DNA of 64,000 nt from Azolla caroliniana (lineage: Eukaryota > Plantae > Polypodiophyta): the NCBI GenBank assembly GCA_043228905.1, contig JBHGNT010000001.1:20212001-20276000 (forward strand), in the 5' to 3' direction. Positions 39,300-51,824 of the stretch are shown here, piece after piece (position 1 is the first letter of the stretch; every line of letters begins with the position of its first letter). Under the pieces are notes generated by a model that made no database searches, was not told where the DNA came from, and saw nothing but the letters and a program-made list of their open reading frames with translations. Both the position numbers and the translations under genes were made by a program.

Positions 39300-42030
39300 A
39301 TCACTACTATAGAGCCTAGTATACAATGGTGATTCATCCTCTTGCTCATCAGATGTATCAATCAAAGCATTGTCTTCATCTAAAAGCAAATGTTGTGACT
39401 CCAAATCATGGTCAACCTTCGATCTGAGAAGCCCCGTAGAGTTGCCAATTTCTCTTTTATTATGTCTATTGTTGACTTCCTTAAACGTCCAACTTTTGTT
39501 AGTGTAAAGTCGTGCACAATGATGTCCGCCTCTTGCATGTCAAGGGTCGATATGTTACGAGTATTTCATTTCTGCTTTCTATTTCCTCTTGACGTTTGGC
39601 ATTCCATGATCTCAAATGTGTACTTGCCTGTAAAGGCATTCTTGCTTTTAGTGTTGTACCAATGCACCTTTGTTGACTTTATCTTATTTTGGTTTTAATG
39701 CATCACCATGTCCAATACTTTACCAATCCAGAATTGGTGCCCCATGTCATTGTCAAATGCAAGTGTGGCAATTAACATCCCAACATTTATTTCTTGCGTG
39801 TTTCCTTGTGAACAGGCTTCTGCTACTTTTGTCATCCTTGGTCCCACATAGATGTCTCTCTGTTGTGGATGGAGCAAGTTGTCAAGATCCGTATTAGTTG
39901 CACGAGGTGAAGTTGAGAATTAGGCGTGTGTTGTACGAACCACATAAATGGTATTTGTAAGCGCTAAATACCAATGAAGGAATTATCGGTAATTCCTTGT
40001 TCATCACTAAAGAACATGTCCCATCATGAGGTATCTTGTGGCCCAACATACTTCTTTGCATTATCAATGTGCTTCCTTTTGTCCTGTAAGGCTTACATCC
40101 AAAAGTTCCTTTGTTCATCTACCAAGTCACTGTGCATTTCCTTTTTAGTCTCAATCGGCATTTGTTTTGCACCATGAACAGTAGTTACAAATGACATATG
40201 AAGCAAGACCTGGCAACCACCTTCTAGCTCCCACTGTGGGGAAGATGAATGTTGCTTTGCATGCAATAGTGTACAACCACTTATATCATTTTTCTTTATC
40301 AAGAACACGTGATTGAAGCTAATATTGTTTAATTGGGCTAACACGTTCACATTCTCCTCCCCACCATCTGCTATGTATCTCTTAAAGTCATATATCTCCT
40401 TTAAGTGTAGCACATTCAGACGTGGTGGTGTATATGCATCACGAATGACATCAAATAACTTCGGTAATATCGAAGCATCATATCGAGACAACTCTCTAGA
40501 GAATGTATTAAACATCTGATCAATATTTTCATGTGTGACCAACCAGAAGGAAGATAACTTTAACTTTCCTAAACACTCCCTGTTCCACCAACATGCTCAA
40601 ATATTTGAAGACAATTGAATTCTTGTTCTCCCTAGTAGTGTTGTCCAATTGAATGTAGAGAATAGGGGGCAATGGATGCCCCCGATTCATCAGAACCCTT
40701 TGAATCACAGTAATTGTTAGATTGGGGTCGTTGTGGACATTTGGGTAAGTAATGAAGACATGAGGTTTACCTGTCCCATTATAAGCCAAACAACCCACCA
40801 AATGCATCTGAACAAGATATTCATCGTTGACGTCTTTTGGAAGCCTCCTAAGGTGAGGTAGACATGTCCTCTTCTGGTCCATACCATCAATCATTAGACA
40901 CATATAGTGTTCCAGTTTCTTCAAAGGCTTCTCTTTGTAGTGCATCACTTTTTTCCATTCTAGTGCTTGCACTTCTCAATGTAACAACTGTTTATTGATG
41001 ACCTTCTCCTTTGTTGTTTTAGCACCTTTAGTAATGCTCTTCAAGTTTGCACAAATAGAACAATACCCCATGCGCACTTTACAAGGTATGACAACATTAG
41101 TGAATTGTGTTAACCACAACCTTGTGATTTGACTGTAGGTGACATATTTATCACTTGACGTTAACATATCTGATCTGTAGGCATCATATACTTCTCATCG
41201 TGTATAATTATCTAAAAGATGCAACCTACCAGTATTTGGCATTAGTTCACAATTAAGGTTGAATTAGTTCTTCATCCAACTGATTGCATTTATTCCGGAT
41301 GCATCCTTCATACTTGGAACATCGTCGCCATCGACACTAAGATCACCATTGAGAACTCGTTGTTGCACTCTACGTAATCTCATGTTGCTAACATATAACA
41401 AAATCTTGAATGCAACTCTACAACATTGTAGTCCATAAAAGATATAATACTCAAATGAGATCTTAATGTCTAACAATATGTCCTTCACCATCTGCATCTT
41501 CGTTGCAAGATAAGTGACTTGCTCATCACCAGTGAGTGAGAAATAGTATCACCTTAATGACCATAACTAATCCTTTCCAATAGTAGACATACACCCACAT
41601 GCACAACAATCTTTGTCGACATCTACTCTGAGTTGGTTCTTAGATGTCACAAGGGCAAACCTATCTCGACTGTTTCAACGTGGAACCCTCGTGAAATGCA
41701 TAGGGCTTGCCGACTAGATTTCTTCTACACATACATTTGTTGGCTCATTTTGTTCGTTTACTTCGGTATGTGCAACACCAGCAACACTTGTGGTAGCTTG
41801 ATTGTCATTCTCTTCATAGGTTAGATCCTCATTGTAGTTGTACTCATCAATCGAGAACTCATGAGTTAGGGCAATAGTTGATGGTGACTGAGTATTTGGT
41901 GTCCACTAGCAATATTCTTCGACAAAAAAAGGTGATCATATTGACATAGGATTTTCATTCACTAAAAATGATGAGTTTTGGCTTATTCTCTCAAACTCGG
42001 AAGATCCTCTCAAATGATTCACCATTGTTC
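39300..42030 (-). pseudogene. Decayed DDD-type DNA transposase (Sola-like / DUF7869-like)
   Basis: Motifs IDGMDQK...LP, LYIQLDNTTRENKN and FLLVGHT-HENIDQMF (frameshifted); upstream CSIC; termini not resolved. Confidence 0.7.
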
Positions 42031-45000
42031 AAATGAGGTGCTCTTATACAATATAACAGAGCATATAAAAAATGATTGAAGTTAAACACATACCTATAAA
42101 TATAAATATACAATTAAAAAAATATCACATTAAATATATATATAATTGATAGGAATACGGTTTCCTAAGCTTTGCTCGGCCACAACTGAGACATCAGATC
42201 AATCACAGAAAACAAGGATGTGGTGAGATGTATCTACACACGAAACAATAAAGAAGAGAGTGCACTGGATGTTAACGTGGAAAACCCTGAGAGGGAAAAA
42301 CCACGGGAGTCCACAGACTCCAAACTATCACTATGCCAACAATTACAACAGGGAGCACAGAGGCAACGACCTCTTGCTCACGATCTTGGCCTGGCGGCGG
42401 TTACAACAGAGACATGCTTTGTATCGCTCTCTCTGTCTCTCTCTCTATACAATCGTTACACCAAAATTACACGCACACCCTACTGAGTTTGCCCTAGATC
42501 ATATTTATACTAATATGACTTTTAGCTATTTACAAAATATAGCCCCAGTGGGCTCTCTGGAACATATTTACATATATGTCCCTTCCATCCGATGAGAGGT
42601 TCTCACTGGGCCTGCAACATCCGGTTCTCACCGGGTCTTCCTTGCCGGGTACTCGTCATCCGGTTCTCACCGGGTCTTCCGTTGTCGGGTACTCCACATC
42701 TGGTTCTCACCGGGTCTTCCATTGTCGGGTACTCCACATCCGGTTCTCACCGGGTCTTCCGTTGCCGGGTACTCCACATCCGGATTCGGCCTCGACCGAG
42801 TTACTCATCAACACTTTTCTTCTCACTTCCCATCCGGAGGGACCTGTTTCCTAACAAACTCCCCCTTCACTCCGGCATGGGATGTCTTATTAGTCCGATC
42901 CGCTTCCGACATGCATCCAGCTTGTCGAGTATCAGTACTTTGGTCAGCATATCTGACCCGTTCTCAGCCGTGTGGATTTTCGTCAGCGCGAACTCTCGAT
43001 CTTCTACTCACTCCCGGATCCAGTGATACCTACGCTGGATGTGCTTCGTCCTAGAATGGTACGTTGCGTTCTTAACAAGGTGGATGGCACTTTGACTGTC
43101 GCAATAGAGCCGGTATTCATCTTGCTAGATACCGAGCTCACCAATGAAGTCCTTCATCCATAATATTTCCTTGCCGGCTTCCACAACCGCCATGTACTCC
43201 GCTTCCGTGGTTGACAACGCAACCATCTTCTGAAGCCTCGACTGCCACGAAATAGCTCCCCCTGCATATGTCATTACATACCCGGATGTAGACCGGCTGG
43301 TATCCACATCAACCAAAATGTCCAAATCGGTAAAACCGTCAAGTTGAGGTTTACTGGAGCCGAATCGGAGACACATATTCGAAATGCCCTTCAAGTACCG
43401 GAGTATCCATTTGACCACGTTCCAGTGCTCCTTGCCACGATTGCTCATAAACCGGCTCACCACTCTGACTGCGTATCCAATATCCGGTCAAGTACACACC
43501 ATTGCGTACATCAAGCTCCCGATGGCAGAGGCATATGGAACCTTCACCATATCCGCCTTCTCTACTTTCGTCTTCGGTCTTTGCTTACCGGATAGTCTGC
43601 AGTTTGTCAGGAGTGTCGATCCGACCGGTTTAGCTTCTAGCATGTTGAACCGCTGAAGCACCTTTGTCACGTATTTCTCTTGTAACAACCACAATTGCTT
43701 CTTTGACCGGCCCCGGATGATGTGCATCCCCAATATCTGTCTTGTCGGGCCCAAGTCTTTCATTGAGAAAGTTCGGTTGAGAGCCTTCTTCAGCATCCGT
43801 ATTTTGGCTTGGTTCCGTCCGACGATCAACATGTCATGTCGTCCACGTACAGAAGGAGTATCAGGAAGTCTCCTCCTTCGAACTCCTTCACAAACACGCA
43901 ATGATCGGTTTGCGTTTTGTGATACCCTTGGTCGATCATGAAGGAGTCGAACTTCCGGTACCATTGTCGGGGAGCCTACTTCAAACCGTAGACGTTCTTC
44001 TTCAACCGGCAAACCAGGTGCTCCTTCCCTTTCTCCACGAATCCTTCCGGTTGCTGCATGTAGATCTCCTCTTCGAGGTCACCGTGAAGGAATGTCATCT
44101 TCACGTCCAGCTACTCTACCTCGAGGTCCCTGCTTGCCGCTATACTCAGCACCGTCCGGATGGAAGTCATCTTTACTACCGGGGCAAATATCTCATCGAA
44201 GTCCACGCCCTTCTTCTACTGGAACCCCTTCACCACGATCCTAGCTTTGTATCTCGAGTAGTTGTCGGCGTCTCCCGGTTTCAACTTGTACACCCACTTG
44301 TTCCGGAGTGCCCGCTTTCTTTTCGGCAACTCCACCAATTTGTACGTATGGTTCTCATGCAGGGAATCCATCTCATCCTGTATGGCACTTAACCATTTGC
44401 AGGTATGGGCATCACTTTTAGCTTCCTCGAAGCTTTCTGGCTCCGCCTCATCGGTTAGCAGCACATGCTCTACATCTGGAAATCTCTAGGGGGGCCTTCT
44501 CTCTCTGAGAGGATATCTCCGTCTTTGGCTTTCGGCAACTGGCTCCTCTATTTGTTCTTCATCCGAATCCGATTCGGGGTCTTCGCCAGTTCCGGTTTCA
44601 CCTATTCCTTCTTCTTCAGCCTATCTTGTCTCCTTACCGTCACCAGCCGGTTCATCGAGCGTTAACCGGTCTCTTGCCGGTTGGGTCTGCTCATCGTAGA
44701 ATCAATCCTTACCGGTCGACTTGTAGTTCATTATCTTCTTCTCCGACTCCCAGTCGGCGAGCGTCTTGTCCTCCATGAAGATAATATCTCGACTCCGGAA
44801 TACCTTCTTGTCGGCCAGGTCCCACACTCGGTAGCCGAACTCATTGTCGCCATAACCGAGGAATATGCATGGCAGGGTCATTGGATCCAACTTTCCTCTC
44901 CGGTCCTTAGCTACATGCACGTATGTGAGACACCCGAACACCTTCAGATGCTGGTAGGACACTTCCTTACCAGTCCATACTCTCTACGGCGTGTCTCCGT

Positions 45001-45516
45001 CCAAGGGTACTGAGGGTGATCTGTTTATCACGTATGTCGCCGTCGACAGTGCCTCAACCCAAAACTTCTTGGGTAATTTTGCATGCACCAATGTTACCGG
45101 CCGGCAAGGAGTCCAAAATACGGAGTGAAGGAATTAATTAAGTATGTTTGTAAATAAGCATAGTATGGACGGATGGACTGGAAACTGTATGCCGTTCCAG
45201 ATCCGGACGGATCCCGAATAGGTGCGATAGGCACCGTTTTGTACTACGGACCGGAAACCTATTTAAAGGCCCGGAGCCCATTGTAATCGCAGCGGATAAT
45301 TAATAGAGCGTATGGTGTTTATACTTCTGTGTTGATTTCCGTTCTGTACTTACTGTTATATCTTACGCGTGTAATTAACAAAAGCGCTCTAATCGTGTAA
45401 CCTACTTAGGTCGGTGTAATCGTTGAGTCATAATCCTATGCCGTAATCACCCTTTGGTGAAGTGTCTCCGTGACACCTTGTGTTAGGCCTTGTCCGGTCA
45501 GAGAACAACACAGTTT

Positions 45517-45528
45517 TGGCGACCACGA
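45517..45528 (+). promoter_or_regulatory. PBS, probably tRNA-Arg(UCG)
   Basis: TGGCGACCAC(GA) 6 nt after the 5' LTR, complementary to the recalled tRNA-Arg end ...GTGGTCGCCA. Confidence 0.7.
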
Positions 45529-45563
45529 TTCCTGCTTTCTCGCAGCGAACGACGGCTTAATGG

Positions 45564-47432
45564 ATGACGAGACCAACGCACGACCTGGTTACAGACCGAG
45601 CTCGACGCCTCGCCGAACGGCAAAGACGGCGTGAGACTTTCCAGCAAGCAGCGCACGAAATTCGCTCGGATCGTTCGTTCTCCAACGAGATCCGGAGAGT
45701 CGCGGAGGAATCTCTTCGGTTACAGCAAACTCGCAACCAGGACGACGGAAGTGGTCTAAGTAGTCTCCGGGAAACCGAACGCCTCCTCAAGGCGCTGGCA
45801 AGCGGAGAAAACGAGGCAGAAGCCTTTTCAGCCTACGAATCGGATTCCAAAGGGGGATACAGCGTGCACATGAACTACCGGAGCAGCAACGATACCCCCG
45901 GCGGCCCGGAGGACGACGGGTCGGATACCGTGCCGACTCCAGAACCGGAACCGTTCGACCAGGGCTATCCGGAACCGCAAACGGAAGCCGTCAACCCACC
46001 AACACCGGAAGTGGAAGAAGCAAAGCCACCGACACCAACGAAAGAGCCGGCGAAGGTACCGGAAGAAGAGCCGGTGAAGGAACCGGAAAAAGAACCGGAA
46101 GAGGAACCGGAAAAAGCACCGGCAAAAGAACCGGAAGTGGAACCGGAGAGAAAACCGGAAAGATATCAACAAACGCCACTAAACCGCGGCCTAATACTGG
46201 ACGACGACATGCCGTTCCAATACTCAAAGTATCGCGATGATCCGGACGCGGAAGCGCATGTTCATGCCTTCGAGCAGACATGGGAAGCAAATCACGCGTC
46301 CCAGCGATTGACACCGGAGGAAGAAGAACGCTCGAAGATAGCAGAATTCGGGGTCACGTTGGAAGGACCAGCGGCACGATGGCGGCGGACGCAGGACCCG
46401 GCGACCATCACAACCTTTGCAGAATTAAAAGCAAAATTCTTGCATTTTTTCCACAAGGAGGTCGACCAGACGATAATGGTGGGCCTGTTTTATACGATCC
46501 AACAGGAGGCAGGGGAAAGCATTCCCCAATTCGTCATCCGTTTCCAACGAATGCATAGCCAGCTTGCCCGTGCACCCCCGGAGGAGGAATTACGGACGAT
46601 ATTTTTAAACGCACTCCAGGAACCGTTACGCACGGTGTGTACGGTGATCGACTTTCGAGGAAGCACCATTGACCAGGTCATTGACCGGGTCAGAGAAATG
46701 GAAAAGTCAAGCTCATGGCTTACACTGGGAGCACTGCAACGGGCGTTACCCACAGATGAAGATCTCCGGTTCCGGCAGGCAATTCAATGCACAATCTGCT
46801 TGAATGCCGGACACTCGGCAGTGGAGTGCACCATGCGAACCCAGTGTGTGATTTGTCAATCCAAGAGTCATACAACGGACCGGTGCGAGTATAACCTGCT
46901 AAACCGACAAGCACCACCCGTCCGACGGATCGAGCCAACAAGCAGCCGAGACGAAGATGAAGATCGTTGGCAAAGAATGAATCGGTACCGACTGGCACAG
47001 GATGTCCGGTACGGAGACAAACAAGAGAATGATGGCCGGTACGGGAATCGGCATGATAACTACGACCGGTATGAGCGATCAGACCGTTATCGGGAGTCCA
47101 ACAAACGACACGAGCAATACGACAGAGACCATTCCCCTGGTTACCGAAGGCACCAGGAGGACTACGGCCGATTTTACGATCCACCACGACAGGACTACCG
47201 AAATAAAAATAAGAATAATAAGAAACGTAATTTCAAGAAAGGTGGTCACACTAGGGACGCGGAACATGGAACCCCAAGGAGCCAACCGGCACAGAACGCA
47301 CCACTCACTACGGGACCGACTCCGGCTACCAGCAATGCTAAATCCAGCAATACCCGTAAAGAGTACTGCTACTACTGCAGGCACGAAGGCCACTACAGTA
47401 ACCAGTGCCCGGCAAAGAGCTACGATAAATGA
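45564..47432 (+). CDS. gag: Gag polyprotein (622 aa)
   Basis: Capsid-like core (LEGPAARW...F.ELKAKFL..F, IQQEAGESIPQFVIRF); three CCHC knuckles (CTICLNAGHSAVEC, CVICQSKSHTTDRC, CYYCRHEGHYSNQC). Confidence 0.93.
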   Translation: MTRPTHDLVTDRARRLAERQRRRETFQQAAHEIRSDRSFSNEIRRVAEESLRLQQTRNQDDGSGLSSLRETERLLKALASGENEAEAFSAYESDSKGGYSVHMNYRSSNDTPGGPEDDGSDTVPTPEPEPFDQGYPEPQTEAVNPPTPEVEEAKPPTPTKEPAKVPEEEPVKEPEKEPEEEPEKAPAKEPEVEPERKPERYQQTPLNRGLILDDDMPFQYSKYRDDPDAEAHVHAFEQTWEANHASQRLTPEEEERSKIAEFGVTLEGPAARWRRTQDPATITTFAELKAKFLHFFHKEVDQTIMVGLFYTIQQEAGESIPQFVIRFQRMHSQLARAPPEEELRTIFLNALQEPLRTVCTVIDFRGSTIDQVIDRVREMEKSSSWLTLGALQRALPTDEDLRFRQAIQCTICLNAGHSAVECTMRTQCVICQSKSHTTDRCEYNLLNRQAPPVRRIEPTSSRDEDEDRWQRMNRYRLAQDVRYGDKQENDGRYGNRHDNYDRYERSDRYRESNKRHEQYDRDHSPGYRRHQEDYGRFYDPPRQDYRNKNKNNKKRNFKKGGHTRDAEHGTPRSQPAQNAPLTTGPTPATSNAKSSNTRKEYCYYCRHEGHYSNQCPAKSYDK

Positions 47433-50400
47433 CCAGCAGTTAATATGGTGGTTCCGGAAGTGGCGGATGTACAGCAAGTAACCACACGGTCGAAAGGCAT
47501 GGCCAAAGAGTGGGAAACACAAGAGGCCATACGAAAACAGGCGACGGAATGGGTGAAGGAAGCCAATGAAAGGAACGTCGCGGACGCGGAACGGCAAAAG
47601 GCGAATACCATAGGGAGTGCCGGCGGTAGCCACGCAGAAAACGAGACATGGCAAGCACTACAAGAATGTCAGATCACGTTGCCATTAGGAAGACTCTTGC
47701 AGCTCGTGCCGCGATTTACGGAAGGACTAAAAACGGTCATGACAGACGGTATAGCCCCACTGGCACCAGTCCTCTTCTCGAATCCGGAGGAGGGACCGAC
47801 GGTGGTGGACACTAGTAGTCCGGTGATTACAGCTATTGTCAAAGGGCACGAACTTCTCGGCACAGTAATCGATGGAGGTTCCGGGGTGAACGTAATAAGC
47901 CTCTGCACGTGTGATGCCTTGGGTATACATGAATGGGAGCCATGTCCGTTCTGGCTACGGATGGCGGATACGAGCTCTGTACGGCCGACGGGCTTAATAC
48001 GGAAATTGGAAGTCACCATAGGAGGTCACACATTTCACATCTCGGCTGTAGTGCTGCAGCTACAGGCGCAAGGCGCGTACCCACTGTTGCTGGGCAGACC
48101 ATGGTTGAAAACAGCACACATCAAGCAAAATTGACGGAAAAATATGATTACCTTCCGGCGCGGAAAAGCCAAGGTCCGGGTACCGACACAACCACGGACG
48201 AGCAACGGTAAGGAATGCACACCGCTGTATGCGGAATGCGTGAACATGCTTGAAGGGTTGGCAGACGACGAAGAAGCCCAGTACTTGGAGGAACACCCGA
48301 AGATCGTACCACTCTTCGAGATTGACGTAGCTGAAGCCGTAGCGCCATACTTGCCGCAGCGGGACGAAACCGAAGCCGAACCAAACAAAGATTCGATTCG
48401 GGAATTACGGCAAGCACAGGAAGCGTTGGAACGGGAAATGGCCGTTTCCCAACGGGTAAAAACATCCCAGCTCGACGAAGTGAACCTAGGAAGCAAGGAC
48501 GAATCAAAGCCGGTACACATCGCCAAAGAAATGAAGCCGGAAGATAAAGCGGCGATGATCAAACTTCTCACGGAGTTTCGCGACGTATTCGCCTGGTCAT
48601 ACGAAGACATGCGAGGGCTGGACCCTCAATTATATCAGCATCAGATCCACTTAGGCAAGGACGCGAAACCAGTGGCGCAAAGACGTTACCGAATGAACCC
48701 CAACTACGCCGCCAAAGTGAAGGAGGAAATCGACAAACTCCTAAGAGTGGGCTTCATCCGGCCGGTAAAGAAAGCGACGTGGCTGAGCCCCATCGTCGTC
48801 GTCCCAAAGAAGAACGGTAAAATCCGCGTGTGTGTAGATTACAGGAAACTAAATGCAGCCACAATTACGGATGCATTCCCTCTTCCGTTCACGGATGGAG
48901 TACTGGATGCCGTCGCCGGCCATGAAGTTTATAGCTTTTTAGACGGGTTCAGCGGATACAATCAAATCCGGATGCACCCTGACGACCAGGAGAAGACAGC
49001 GTTCGTCACCGAATGGGGGGTGTTTGTGGCCGTAGTAATGATGTTCGGACTAAAAACGGCACCAGCAACTTTCCAGCGAATCATCATGGAGATCTTCGGC
49101 GAATACATTCCAGCCTTCATGCAGGTTTTCCTGGATGACTTTGCAGTCTATAGCCGGGAAAAAGACCATTTGCAGCACCTACGGTTATGCCTTGAAAAGT
49201 GTAGGTTATACCGGCTAAGCTTAAACCCAGCAAAATGCATCTTTGGGGTTTCAAGTGGAATATTACTGGGACACATTGTAAGTAAGGAGGGCATTGCAGT
49301 CGACCCGGACAAAGTAAACGCGATACTAGGGGCACCGACGCCGAAAACGGCCAAAGCACTAAGCCGATTCTTAGGACAGATCCGGTGGCACAACCGGATG
49401 CTCCGTCACTTGGCTGACTTGGCTACACCATTACACACCGCGGTACATCGGACACCGTTCCAATGGACGGATACGGAGGATAGGGCATACAATGCCCTGA
49501 AGGTACTTTTGTCGCAAGCACCCGTCGTGCAGCCTCCGGATTGGAGCAAGGAATTTCATGTGTTCGTCGACGCTTCCGACATCGCTATCGGCAGCGCCTT
49601 AATGCAACTTACGGAGCCTAAATGGTACCGGCCGGTATATTACGCCAGCTGGAAGCTGTCCCAAGCGGAGAAGAACTATTCGACGACGGAACGAGAGGCC
49701 CTGGGCATGATCTACAGTGTAACAAAGTTTCGTCATTACCTATTGGGAAGGAAGTTCTCCTTTCATGTGGATCACTCGGCGCTCCTGTACTTAGTGTCCA
49801 AGGCGTCCCTGACCGGTAAGTTGGCCCATTGGACCTTGCTGTTGCAGGAGTTCGAATTCGAGATCTTCCACCGGCCCGGTATCCAGCATGCCGTAGCAGA
49901 CTACCTGAGCCGGTTAGAGTCCGGAGAATCAGGCGACGGAGTATCGGATGAATTCCCGGACGCAGAGTTATTCCGTATCACCCCGGAAACGGCAGCGGAC
50001 GACACGGTGGCATCAGAAGATAGGTGGCTGACAAACATGCACCAGTTCCTAAGCACGGGCCTGCCACCGGAGGAAATGAACCGGGACGAGAGGAAACGAC
50101 TGGCGGTGCAGAGCCGCAATTTCTGTCTGTTACGGGGCACTCTCTACCACAAGGGAGCAGATGGAATATGGAGACGGGCAGTCCGTAGTGACGAGAAACA
50201 AGTAATCTTACGGGAAGCACACTGTGGGGTTGCCGGAGGACACTATGTCGGGGAAGCGACGGCAAGGAAAGTATGGCAGAGCGGCTTATGGTGGCCCACG
50301 ACGTTAAAAGACGCCGTCAAGTATGCTAAGGAATGTGACCTATGCCAACAAATGGGCCAGCCTACGGAGCAAGCACGGATGCCACACCAACCGGTACTTC

Positions 50401-51434
50401 CACTAGAGCCATTCCAGAAGTGGGGGTTGGATTTTGTCGGACCGTTCAAGCCACCGGCAATGAGAACGGGTAATCGTTATGTCATCGTGGCAACAGATTA
50501 TTGCACTAAATGGGTGGAGGCTAAGGCCTTGAGAGACAACACCGCGTCATCCACAGCAAAATTCCTGTACGAAAACATTTGGTGCCGATATGGATGTCCG
50601 ATTGAATTAATCAGCGACCAAGGAGGGCACTTCCTCGGCCAGGTAGTTGAAAGCTTAACAATGTTCTATGCCGTGGTCCATAAACGGAGCACACCGTACT
50701 ACCCACAAGCAAACGGGTTAGCAGAGTCAACCAACAAAACGCTCCAGAACATTCTCCGCAAAATCGTCAATGAAAACCGGACGGACTGGGATACAAAGCT
50801 CCATAGCGCGCTATGGGCGTACCGAACGGCATACAAAACAAGTATCCGGACAACGCCGTTCCGGTTAGCGTTCGGCTTAGAGGCGGTCATGCCGGTGGAA
50901 TTTCAGGTACCAAGCTTACGGATCCAACTACGGGAACGGCTGAATGAAAAGGAGTCGGAGGAAATGCGGCTAGCAGCACTATGCGAACTGGAGGAGCAAC
51001 GGCTGGCCAGCATCCTACACATGGAACTGGAGCAACGACGACGGAAAGCGTTCGTTGACCGTCACCGGAAAGGTAATGAAAAGATGTTCGAAATCGGAAA
51101 GCCGGTGCTAGTATTCCAAACGAGGATGGGCAAGATGCCGGGTAAACTCTGGTTTAGATGGACAGGCCCGTATTGGCTGACACGGGAATACAACGGGTCC
51201 TATCAGTTAGGGACACTTGCCGGTGAAGTGCTAGGCAAGTGGGTCAACGGATTTAGACTAAAGCCCTATAAAGGACCGATGCCAAATAACCCGTTTATGC
51301 AGCCCACCGGCACTATACCGGGAACGGTACGGATGGAAGAAAAAGACGACGGGGAACCCGTAGCAGAGGCGAAGGAAGACACAGCAACCCGTAAAGAAAA
51401 CGGTAAGGGTCTGAAGGGACCTACGGATGTGTAA
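47433..51434 (+). CDS. pol: Pol (protease, RT, RNase H, integrase), in frame with gag; one in-frame TGA at 48132-48134
   Basis: IDGGS and LLGRPWL protease; LDGFSGYNQI and FLDDF RT; VDASD..ERE..VDH..AD RNase H; HHCC plus D-D-E integrase; GPY; no chromodomain. Confidence 0.95.
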
Positions 51435-51824
51435 GATCACATACCGTCATTTATAATAAAAAAATAAAAATAAAAAATAAAAAATAAAAAAAAGAAATCA
51501 TTAAAAATCGAGGTATGAACGGACGTGAAAGCAAGGAGCGAAAAGGTACGTAGTGGGCATTTAAGAGCCGCCACATTACTTAATACTAAATTGGTACACG
51601 ACGTGCGCATGCTCGAAAAAGGCGCCAAGACGCACAGAGAAAAAGCAGAACGCATGGAAACCTTTTCATTTCGCGAGCCAAGAAGCACAGAAGCACCAAG
51701 GCGGTTGAAGCTTAGCAAACGCGAACCTGCACTCAGAGAACCCCCACGTTCGGAACTCTCTCTCTCTCGCTCTCACTCTCATCACCACTCTACCTCGCCA
51801 TCTTTCCTCGACCTCGAAGCAGAC

